DNA of 64,000 nt, taken from assembly GCA_963814115.1 (NCBI GenBank), contig CAWFBS010000006.1, positions 267,096 to 331,095 on the forward strand. Direction: 5' to 3'. This document shows, piece by piece, positions 8,716 through 16,781 of the stretch. A program made the position numbers and the translations under genes. Source of the stretch: an uncultured Chloroflexia bacterium (lineage in GTDB: Bacteria; Chloroflexota; Limnocylindria; Limnocylindrales; CSP1-4). Every line of letters starts with the position of its first letter. Within the stretch, counting starts at the first letter, position 1. The notes below the pieces were generated by a model, which did not search any database, was not told where the DNA came from, and worked only from the letters and a program-made list of their open reading frames with translations.

Positions 8716-10701
8716 TTAGCCGCCACCGCCCGCGCCACCCCGGCCGAACCCACCGCCCCCGCCGCCGACGATGCCCGGAATCGCGACGCCGCCGCCGGTG
8801 GTCGTCGAGGTGCTGGTCCGGGCCGACACCGTCCCGATCGCGACCGTGTCGCCGGCCGAGATGCCACTCTGGATCTCGGCCAGGCTGGTGGTCACGAGAC
8901 CCACCTGGACCGGAACGAGCTGCGAGGTGCCGTCTGCGGCGATCACCCGGACGCTGTAGTTGCCCGACGATCCGTCGAGCGCGATGGCCGGGACCGCAAT
9001 GACGTTGCTGGCCTCCGCCGTGGTGACCGCGATGCTCGCGCTCATCCCGGACAGCACCGTCGCCGGCGCGTTGGTTAGCGTGATCTGGACCGCGTAGGTG
9101 ACGACGCTGGAACCGCCGGCGGCCGTCGCCGCGGTCGGGGTGATCTGGCTCACGGTGCCGTCGATCGTCTGGCCAACAGCAGCGACGGTCACAGCTGTGG
9201 GCTGCCCAACCTTGATGCTGCCGATCGCGCTCTCCGCGAAGCTGGCGGTCACCTGCATCGGACCGACCTCCAGCGTGATCGCGTTGCCGGACGGGGCGAG
9301 GAGGCCGGCGACGACGCTCACGGCGACGACGGTGCCGTCCGCCGGGGCCGTGAGCGTTGCGCCGTTGACCTGTATCTGCGCCTGGCGGACGGACTCCTGG
9401 GCGTTCGTGACCGACGCCTGGTCGGAGGCGATCGTCGAGGGCACGGCGGGCGCCGTCTTGCTCGCATAGGAGAGCTGAGCGGACTGGAGTCCGAGGCGGG
9501 CCGAGGCAAGCTGGTTCGCCGTCGAGTTCGACGACGTCGAGAGCTGGAGCTTGAGCGACGCCAGCGCGTTCTGGGCGTTCGTGACGGCGGTCTGGTCGTT
9601 CTTGAGCAGGTTGGCGGTATCCGTGACGAGCTGCGCCTGCGCCTGGGTGAGGGCGGCCTGCGCCTGGGTCAACGACAGCTGGTTCTGCTGGTCGGTGATT
9701 GTGGCAAGGGTGCCCGAGCCCGAAAGCTGGGCATTGAGCATGTCGAGCTTCGCCTGCGCGCTGGTCACCTGAGACTGCGCGTTGGAGACCGCTGACTGCG
9801 CGGAGGCAACCGCAGCCGTGTCCGCGGCGATCTGCTGCGCCTGCTCGGTCGTGGGCGGACTATCGGCGTTTGCCCTGTCCGTGTTTAGTGTGGCCTGCGC
9901 CGCCGAGAGCGTTGACTGCGCCTGCTGGACTGCCTGCTGCGCGGTCGTCACCGCCTGCTGGGCCTGCTGAAGCGAGAGTGTGTTCTGCGCCGACGTGCTG
10001 CTTGCCGAGGCCGTGGACGCCTGGATTGACAGGTTGAGCGAATCCAGCTTGCTCTGGGCGGAGTTGATCGCGTTCTGGTCCGACGTGAGCGTGGCGGCTG
10101 CGGGGCCCGCGGCCTTGTCCGCGGCGAGCTGGTCCTGGGCGGTCTTGAGCGTCGTCTGGGCCTGCGCCAGCTGGAGGTCAGCGGAGGCCTTGGAGATCGG
10201 CGCGCTCTGCTCGGCCTGGGCGAGCGACTGCTGGGCCTGCTGGATCGAGAGCGCTGCTGCCGCCCGGTCGGTCGCGGAGAGGCCGCCCTTGTCCGTAGCG
10301 AGCTTTGCCTTTGCCACGGCGAGGTTTGCCTTCGCGATCGCGAGTGTCGCGGCAACCGAGCTGGAGTCGGCAACGGCGAGGACCTGGCCCTTCTTGACGC
10401 TCTGGCCGACGGTCGCCTTGACCGATTTCACGAGCCACGTGCTGCTTCCGCCTGCGCTCGACGAGCTGGACGAGCTGGAGGCCACGAGCTGGGGCTGGCT
10501 GCCGAACGCGAGGCCGTACGTCGCGCTGGGGGCGATGCTGCCGGTTGCGACCGACTGCGCGACCACGTTCTCCTGCGTCGCCGTCGCGGTCAGGTACTGG
10601 GTGCTCGCGGACGAGCCGAAGCTCGGCCCGATCACGGCAACCCCAATTGCGCCGACCCCGATGGCGATGAGGCCGATCACGGCCAGGAGGCGAAGCTTCA
10701 T
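8716..10701 (-). CDS. Efflux periplasmic adaptor (MacA/HlyD type) with a very long coiled coil
   Basis: N-terminal TM, lipoyl halves VGQSVKKGQVL and LTAPADGTVV, Ala/Gln heptads between them, SGMSA, VPAIAL. Confidence 0.85.
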   Translation of the reverse strand: MKLRLLAVIGLIAIGVGAIGVAVIGPSFGSSASTQYLTATATQENVVAQSVATGSIAPSATYGLAFGSQPQLVASSSSSSSSAGGSSTWLVKSVKATVGQSVKKGQVLAVADSSSVAATLAIAKANLAVAKAKLATDKGGLSATDRAAAALSIQQAQQSLAQAEQSAPISKASADLQLAQAQTTLKTAQDQLAADKAAGPAAATLTSDQNAINSAQSKLDSLNLSIQASTASASSTSAQNTLSLQQAQQAVTTAQQAVQQAQSTLSAAQATLNTDRANADSPPTTEQAQQIAADTAAVASAQSAVSNAQSQVTSAQAKLDMLNAQLSGSGTLATITDQQNQLSLTQAQAALTQAQAQLVTDTANLLKNDQTAVTNAQNALASLKLQLSTSSNSTANQLASARLGLQSAQLSYASKTAPAVPSTIASDQASVTNAQESVRQAQIQVNGATLTAPADGTVVAVSVVAGLLAPSGNAITLEVGPMQVTASFAESAIGSIKVGQPTAVTVAAVGQTIDGTVSQITPTAATAAGGSSVVTYAVQITLTNAPATVLSGMSASIAVTTAEASNVIAVPAIALDGSSGNYSVRVIAADGTSQLVPVQVGLVTTSLAEIQSGISAGDTVAIGTVSARTSTSTTTGGGVAIPGIVGGGGGGFGRGGAGGGG

Positions 10702-10808
10702 GCGGATCCCTCTGGTAGAGCATGCCGGCGGAGCCCGGGCGATGCGGCCGGTGGGGCCGGGACAGGACCTGGTCGTCGGAACAACGGCGGCAGGTGTATC
10801 GCCTGACC

Positions 10809-10825
10809 CTGAAAGAGCCCTGAAG
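10809..10825 (-). promoter_or_regulatory. Hexamer direct repeat CTTCAG-N5-TTTCAG, putative OmpR-type binding site
   Basis: Upstream of the adaptor gene; same motif recurs at 13743-13759. Confidence 0.55.
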
Positions 10826-10831
10826 CGCGGA

Positions 10832-11707
10832 TCAGGCCAAGAATGGCTCGACGGACGGCGTCCAGGCGAGGCGCCGATCGGTCGTGATGGCGAGCGCGCC
10901 GTAGCCGGGGTGCGTCGCAACCCATTCCGGGCCGGAGACGCCCATCGCGAACGCCGTGGTCGCGTAGGCATCGGCCCAGGTCAGGCTGGGCCCCACCACC
11001 GTCACGCTGTGCAGACCGCGAGGGGCTCCGCCCGTCCGCGGGTCTCGGATGTGCTCGCCCCTCTCGTAGGTACCTGAGGTTGCCACGGCGAGGTCGCGGA
11101 CGGCCAGCACACGGGCGATCGCGTCCACGTGGTCGGGATGGCGAATCCCGACTCGCCACGCTCGGCCCGGCTCCGGCTCGCCGCGGGCGATCACGTCGCC
11201 GCCGCAGTTACAGGCGTAGTTGCGGGAGCCCGCTTCGTCGAGGAGGAGCGCGGCCTCTTCCACCGCCCAGCCCTTGACGAGCCCGGATGGGTCCAAACGT
11301 CCGTCGGTGCGGTGGCCGCGCGCGTCGAACCAACCGTCTGTCGTCCGGTGGAGGTCGTCGCACATACCCAGCACGAATCGCACCTCCGGCGACGCGTCGG
11401 CCTCCGCCAGCTCACCGCGCCCGATCCGGCTGATCTCGCTGTCCGGGCGATACGTACTGAAGCGCGCCTCGATCTGCTCTAGGCGGGCGAGCATCGCATC
11501 GACGACGGATTCCGGGATCCCCGGGTCGCGAATGTCGATGCTGATCACGGTGCCCATGACCGCGGCCACACGGTGCGGACCGCGCGCCGCACCGGTGGCC
11601 GGCCCGGCAGTAAGCGTGCGACCGATAGGCCCGGCCAGGAGTCCGCTGGCGTTTGCCAACTCGCCGCGCGCCGCCACGGTCGAAGCCGTTCCCCCGGGTC
11701 TAGCCAT
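10832..11707 (-). CDS. apbE: FAD:protein FMN transferase (flavinyl transferase)
   Basis: VMGT, FSTYRPDSEIS, LDPSGLVKGWAVE, GGDV, VATSGTYERG.HI.DP, ADAYATTAFAMG. Confidence 0.9.
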   Translation of the reverse strand: MARPGGTASTVAARGELANASGLLAGPIGRTLTAGPATGAARGPHRVAAVMGTVISIDIRDPGIPESVVDAMLARLEQIEARFSTYRPDSEISRIGRGELAEADASPEVRFVLGMCDDLHRTTDGWFDARGHRTDGRLDPSGLVKGWAVEEAALLLDEAGSRNYACNCGGDVIARGEPEPGRAWRVGIRHPDHVDAIARVLAVRDLAVATSGTYERGEHIRDPRTGGAPRGLHSVTVVGPSLTWADAYATTAFAMGVSGPEWVATHPGYGALAITTDRRLAWTPSVEPFLA

Positions 11708-12272
11708 GCGCCGCCTGGTCGAGGGCAGCCTGCAGCGACTGCGCGTAGGCGTCGCTCGTGTACGTGGCGCCGGAGATCAGGTCGATCTGCGCGCTCTGGG
11801 CCGTCAGCGCCTCCGTCTGGAGCATCGGCCCGACGATCCCGCTGATGTACGCAGATCGCTGTCGATCCGAGGGCAGCTGGAGCGCCGTCACATCGGTGAT
11901 CTTGCCGTTGGCGATCGTGACCTGAACCTGCACCGGCCCGAACTGGGTCTGGACCACCGGACCCGTGACCGTTCCGTTCGCGAGGGCCGTGCCCCCTGAG
12001 CGCGTGGCCGGGGCCGCGCTGGCTGCCGGTGCGGCAGTCGCGGCGGGTACCCCGCCGCCGCTTTGCGACGCCGGGCTGGCCGCCGGGTTGGCATTCGACG
12101 CCGGCGCAGCGGCGGCTCCCCCTGCCGACACCGGAGCAGACGTCGCGACAGGCGCGACGAGCGCGATGTTCCTCCCGGCCGAGAGCGTTCCGGTGTCGGG
12201 CGTCTTGAACGAGAACAGCAGGATCAGGGCGAGGGTCGTCAGCGTGAGGGCGATGGCGCCGCGTTTCGGCAT
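11700..12272 (-). CDS. Membrane-anchored extracytosolic FMN-binding protein
   Basis: Signal/TM, Ala/Pro linker, FGPVQVQVTI..GKITDV, flavinylation motif DLISGATYTS. Confidence 0.9.
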   Translation of the reverse strand: MPKRGAIALTLTTLALILLFSFKTPDTGTLSAGRNIALVAPVATSAPVSAGGAAAAPASNANPAASPASQSGGGVPAATAAPAASAAPATRSGGTALANGTVTGPVVQTQFGPVQVQVTIANGKITDVTALQLPSDRQRSAYISGIVGPMLQTEALTAQSAQIDLISGATYTSDAYAQSLQAALDQAAHG

Positions 12273-12287
12273 GGCTATGTCTCCGGA

Positions 12288-13703
12288 TCAGTAGGCAAAG
12301 CGTTCGAGGTGGACCTGCGACGCCGGCACCGCCAGCGCTCTCAGGCTTGCTCGGACCAATTCCATGAGCGGGGTGGGTCCGCACAGGTAGACGTCTCGGT
12401 TGCGCACGTCGGGGACGAGCGCGCGCAGGCCATCGGCGTCGAGCGGGTCCCGGGGCATCGCCCGGGTCCCACGCCGGCCCACGAGATAGTGGACCGCCGC
12501 GCCGCGGTGCCTCGCGAGCGCGTCCAGCTCGTCGCGGAAGACGAGGTCCGCCTCCCGGCTGGCGCGGTAGATGAGCGTGAGGTCGCCGGGCCGGCCCGGC
12601 AGCGACTCCAGGAGCGCCCGGAGCGGCGTGATGCCGATCCCGCCGGCGACGAGGAGCACACGCTGGCGCGTGCGGCGCGCCCCGGTAAGCGTCCCGTAGG
12701 GCCCCTCGAGTGCGACCCGGGTTCCCGGCTTCAGGGCCTGGAGCTGCGCCGTCCAGTCGCCCAGCTCCTTGATCGTGAACCGGAGCGACCGTCCGTTCGG
12801 GGCGGCCGAGAGGGAGAACGGGTGGGCGCGCCACCAGGCATCACGGGTCAGCAGACGCAGGTTGAAGTACTGGCCGCTCCTGGCGGCGAGGCGCTCCAGG
12901 TTGCGACCAGTCACGTAGACGGAGACCACCCCCGGCGCCTCCGTGACCACGCTCGCGATCCGAGGCCGATAACGCAGCGTCGTCCTGATCGGCTGGCCGA
13001 ACCGGAAGACGAGGACCATCGCGACCGCGACTACAAGCAGGGACGTCCAGTAGATCCTCGCCACAGGATCGTTGATGAAGTCGCTCCCCACGACGAGCTG
13101 GTGCGCGAACCCGAGCGCGATCCCCAGGTATGCGTAGAGGTGGATGCCGTACCAGGTCTCGTACGAGAGCCGCCGCCGTGCGGCGCGGACCGAGGTAGCC
13201 GCGACGGCGACGAAACATGCCATCGCGGCTGTCGCCATCAGCACGAACGGGTAGGTCCCGAGCAGGGTGGTCGTCTCGTCGAGGATGCTTCTCCCGTCGC
13301 TCATCGACCAGCCGAACGTCGTGAAGACGACGTGGCCTGCGAGCAGCCAGACCGTCCCGAACCCGAGCCAGCGGTGCGCCCACGCCAGGCGGTCCATACC
13401 GAATACCTGATCGAGCCAGGGGCTGCGCGACATGAGTACCAGCTGGATGAGCGCGAGGTACGTGCCCAGGAGTGCGGTGATCTGGCCCGCCGCGGTGAGA
13501 AAGGCCCCGGGGCTCGTCAGCGCCGACGCGCCCCCGTGACGGATCCACATCGCGACGATGAGCGCGCCGTTGGCCACCAGCAGGGCGACGACGTCGGAGG
13601 CACGGACGGGCCAGCGCCGCGGAAGCGGGACGCGGACGGGTCGGGCGGCGACTGGTCGAGAGGCAGTTTGCAAGACGGTTCCCGGCTGCGGTGGCGACCT
13701 CAC
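12288..13703 (-). CDS. Ferric-reductase-like transmembrane domain fused to FAD/NAD(P)-binding reductase
   Basis: TM region with WAHRWLG, GH, WYGIHL, FAHQ histidines; HPFSLS, EGPYG, AGGIGITP, YLCGP, ERF. Confidence 0.88.
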   Translation of the reverse strand: MRSPPQPGTVLQTASRPVAARPVRVPLPRRWPVRASDVVALLVANGALIVAMWIRHGGASALTSPGAFLTAAGQITALLGTYLALIQLVLMSRSPWLDQVFGMDRLAWAHRWLGFGTVWLLAGHVVFTTFGWSMSDGRSILDETTTLLGTYPFVLMATAAMACFVAVAATSVRAARRRLSYETWYGIHLYAYLGIALGFAHQLVVGSDFINDPVARIYWTSLLVVAVAMVLVFRFGQPIRTTLRYRPRIASVVTEAPGVVSVYVTGRNLERLAARSGQYFNLRLLTRDAWWRAHPFSLSAAPNGRSLRFTIKELGDWTAQLQALKPGTRVALEGPYGTLTGARRTRQRVLLVAGGIGITPLRALLESLPGRPGDLTLIYRASREADLVFRDELDALARHRGAAVHYLVGRRGTRAMPRDPLDADGLRALVPDVRNRDVYLCGPTPLMELVRASLRALAVPASQVHLERFAY

Positions 13704-13742
13704 CGAGAGGTCGCCAAGAGGTCGCCATCCTCAGGGACTGGG

Positions 13743-13759
13743 CTGAAGCACGCCTGAAA
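13743..13759 (-). promoter_or_regulatory. Hexamer direct repeat TTTCAG-N5-CTTCAG, putative OmpR-type binding site
   Basis: Directly upstream of the oxidoreductase gene; matches 10809-10825. Confidence 0.55.
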
Positions 13760-13873
13760 GAACCTACCCGCCGGGGCCGGCGATCAGGGGCCGGGGGCGC
13801 GGCGCGCTTCTCCCTTCGCGCCGCGGGTGGGGCGCTGCGGGCTTCGCGCGGCTATTCGCTGCGGGCGACGACC

Positions 13874-14239
13874 CTAGCTGGCGGTGCGGGCCGCCGCGCG
13901 GCGCGCCGGCGGCTTGAGGGCCTTGATGGCCTCCTCGATGTCGCGCATGATCCCGTCGCTGCCCGCCGACGACTTCGCGGACCGCAAGCTGGCGAGCGCG
14001 ACATCGCGCGTCTCGACGTCCACGGCGGTATCGGCGTCGACGGCCTTGCGGATGACGCGGACGGCGAAGGCGCCCAGGGCCGGGTCGGTGAGCCACGGGC
14101 TCACGCCCTTGATCGCGGCCTCACCGTGGGCAGCGATCGCGTCGCGAAGCTCGATGCGACGGTCCGGTGCAGCCTCTTCCGCGGCCTGGAGCAGCGACTC
14201 GAGGGATTGATCTTCCGACTTCATCGACAGACTCTCCAT
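13874..14239 (-). CDS. Hypothetical alpha-helical (HEAT-like) protein
   Basis: Plausible composition; RIELRDAIAAHGEAAI..WL.DP helical pattern. Confidence 0.55.
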   Translation of the reverse strand: MESLSMKSEDQSLESLLQAAEEAAPDRRIELRDAIAAHGEAAIKGVSPWLTDPALGAFAVRVIRKAVDADTAVDVETRDVALASLRSAKSSAGSDGIMRDIEEAIKALKPPARRAAARTAS

Positions 14240-14449
14240 CCAGTGGACCGTCTCGCCGAGTGACGGACATCCACGGCGGGTGTCGGGACGCAGGTGTCCG
14301 GACGCGTGGGAGGCGGCGCGGTGCTACCAGCCTACCGCTTCTGAGCCTGCCCCGTGCGGCGAGGGCGGGCTCGGCGAGGCGCGGGCACTGGACGTGCCGG
14401 AAGTCCCTGGTGGCTTGACCGCTGTACCTCAATGGGACAATAGCGGGCA

Positions 14450-14524
14450 GCGGGACGCTCTGACGCGCGGGCCATGTCCACGGCCGCCCAAGGCCGCGCC
14501 GAGCCACTGGCGAGGCCGACCCGC
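14450..14524 (+). ncRNA. c-di-GMP-II-like riboswitch aptamer (variant), copy 1
   Basis: P1 GCGGG/CCCGC; kink-turn-like UGAC..CGAG; P3 GCGCGG/CCGCGC; loop GGCCGCC complementary to GGCG(AG)GCC; homologous to 23243-23315; lies in a 5' leader. Confidence 0.7.
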
Positions 14525-14549
14525 AGGCAAGCGTCCCGGGGAGGGCGAG

Positions 14550-16433
14550 ATGGGCGAACGCGGCCGGGCCAGCCGGTTCGTGGTCGGCATCGCGGTCACC
14601 GCTCTTCTCAGCGGATGTGCCGGGAGCGCGACATCCTCGCCGGCGCCTTCATCTGCTCCGCCGGCCGAGGGCCCGTCAGCTCCCGCCGCGACAGCAGCCA
14701 CACCGGCGGCCAGAGCGCCGTCGGCCACGTCGGGCACCCCGGCGACCGTCGAGTTGACCGGGTTCAGCGTGCGCCCGTTCGGCCTCGCGGTCACCACCAG
14801 CGCGTACTTCGCTGTCGACGCGGCCGGAAACGTCTACCTCCCCGGCGGGTCGAAAGGCGCGGCCCTTGGGAAGATCGCCCCCGACGGCTCGCTGGTCGCA
14901 CGCTGGGCCGGCTTCGACGTCGTGCCGGGTCAGCCGGACACGGTCGTGGGCGTCGCGGTTGACCCGGCGTCTGGTGACGTCTGGGTCACCGACACCACCG
15001 CCGACGCCGTGGTGCACCTGGCGTCCGACCTCACGCTGAAGGGTAAGTGGGGATCGACCGGCCCCGGCAAAGGCCAGTTCTTCAGCCCGGGCGGCATCGC
15101 CATCGACCCGCAGGGGAACATCGTCGTCGCGGACATGGGCAACGACCGCATCGAGACGTTCACACCCGACGGGAACGTGGTCACGGTCTGGGACGCGCCC
15201 GGCGGCAAGACCGCGCCCGTCGATGTCACGACCGACCCGGAGGGCAACGTCGTCGCCTCGACCATGCAGCCGCTCATGCTCACGGTCACTGGCGGTGAGG
15301 TCATCAAGCTCGGGCCGACCGGCAGCTCCCTCCTGACACTCCCGGACGCCGCGGGCATCGACGCGCTCACGTTCCCGGATGCCGCGGTCGATGCCACCGG
15401 GAACATCTACGAAGCGGACGCCTTGCTCGGCCTCGTGAAGTTCTCCGCGGACGGAAAGCAGTCGGGCACGTGGCAGATCCGCGGCGGCGGCCAGGCCGCC
15501 GTCGCGGTGCGCGTGGCACCGTCGGGGAACATCTACACGCTCGCCTGCGTTGGCCAGAACGGCGACTGCACACTCGCCGAGTACACGCCCGACATGCAAC
15601 TCGTCGCGACCTGGCACGCGTCCACCCCGGTGGACCACCCGGGGACCATGGTCGACGTGGGCGGCCACCGGCTGTACCTCCAGTGCGTGGGCTCGGGGAG
15701 CCCGACGATCGTCTGGGAGGCCGGATACAACGGGTCCGGCTGGCTGAACACCTCGCAGTACCTGATGGGCAAGCTGGCGGAGACGAGCCGTGTCTGCACC
15801 TACGACCGGGCGAACCTGGGGTGGAGCGACCGCGGCCCGACGGAGATGAGCTACTGGTCCCAGGCGGTCACGGACCTGCACACGGCCCTGGCGAAGGGCG
15901 GCGAGAAGGGACCGTACGTGATGGCCGGCCACTCGTACGGTGGACTTCTTGCGAGGCTGTTCGCGCTCACGTACCCCAAGGATGTTGCGGGTGTCGTCGC
16001 GGTCGACCCGTCCCATGAGGACGCGTGGGCTGGACCGGCAACCGATCCGACGGCACCGTTCGGCATGACGACGTGCACCGATGCCTCGTGCCCGCTGTAC
16101 GAGAACATCCAGGCGCTCAAGAAGCTCGAAGGCGGCAAGGTCGCGGGGTCGCTCGGCGCGCTCCCGCTCGTCGTCCTGTCCCACGCGCCGGACTTGCCGT
16201 GGTGGAACGCGGACTACGACGCGACGTGGGAGAAGCTCGGGGCCGACACCGCCACCGCATCGACCAACGCCCGGCACGTGATCGCGACGTGGTCCACCCA
16301 TGAGATCCCATACACGCAGCCCGGCCTCGTGATCGAGGCGGTGCGGCAGGTGGTCGCGGCGGCACGGGCGCCGAAGCACACGCTCCCGCCTTGCGGCGCG
16401 GCCTTCACCGCGCTGGGAGGTCAGTGCGAGTAG
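14550..16433 (+). CDS. Lipoprotein: NHL-repeat beta-propeller fused to alpha/beta hydrolase
   Basis: Lipobox LLSGC; NHL repeats (GQFFSPGGIAIDPQGNIVVADMGNDRI); YDRANLGWSD, nucleophile elbow GHSYGG, late His (STHEIP). Confidence 0.85.
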   Translation: MGERGRASRFVVGIAVTALLSGCAGSATSSPAPSSAPPAEGPSAPAATAATPAARAPSATSGTPATVELTGFSVRPFGLAVTTSAYFAVDAAGNVYLPGGSKGAALGKIAPDGSLVARWAGFDVVPGQPDTVVGVAVDPASGDVWVTDTTADAVVHLASDLTLKGKWGSTGPGKGQFFSPGGIAIDPQGNIVVADMGNDRIETFTPDGNVVTVWDAPGGKTAPVDVTTDPEGNVVASTMQPLMLTVTGGEVIKLGPTGSSLLTLPDAAGIDALTFPDAAVDATGNIYEADALLGLVKFSADGKQSGTWQIRGGGQAAVAVRVAPSGNIYTLACVGQNGDCTLAEYTPDMQLVATWHASTPVDHPGTMVDVGGHRLYLQCVGSGSPTIVWEAGYNGSGWLNTSQYLMGKLAETSRVCTYDRANLGWSDRGPTEMSYWSQAVTDLHTALAKGGEKGPYVMAGHSYGGLLARLFALTYPKDVAGVVAVDPSHEDAWAGPATDPTAPFGMTTCTDASCPLYENIQALKKLEGGKVAGSLGALPLVVLSHAPDLPWWNADYDATWEKLGADTATASTNARHVIATWSTHEIPYTQPGLVIEAVRQVVAAARAPKHTLPPCGAAFTALGGQCE

Positions 16434-16511
16434 GGGAAACAGGCTGGAATCCTGTGCCTCGGTAGGACAACGGGTGGCTGGGGCGGAACCTGCTCGGCGG
16501 AGGCAATTGGC

Positions 16512-16676
16512 ATGGACCTTGCCTCGGTGGCCGAAGACGGCTTCGGCTACGGCGCCCTTATTCGAGCTCGCTGGGATGATGCCGTCCGTCTCGGTGCTGG
16601 CGCCCTCGTCGTCCAGGCGTCGGGCATGTCGCGCCCGATCCTGGAACGGCTCGGGTTCCGTGCGACCGGTGCATGA
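16512..16676 (+). pseudogene. GNAT acetyltransferase C-terminal remnant
   Basis: Translates to ..YGALIRARWDDAVRLGAGALVVQASGMSRPILERLGF..; N-terminal part absent. Confidence 0.6.
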
Positions 16677-16733
16677 CGCTGCTCATCGACCGAGCGGCGT
16701 CCGACCACCCCGGGTGACGGCTCTTCCTGAGAG

Positions 16734-16755
16734 CGAAGCCGGGAGTTGGAGCGGG
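16734..16755 (-). repeat. Degenerate copy of the tRNA-Gly 3' end and flank (att-like)
   Basis: Minus strand CCCGCTCCAACTCCC-GGCTTCG vs CCCGCTCCA-CTCCCCGGCTTCG at 25254-25275. Confidence 0.55.
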
Positions 16756-16781
16756 CCGCCTACCGTGTCGTCACGGAGATG

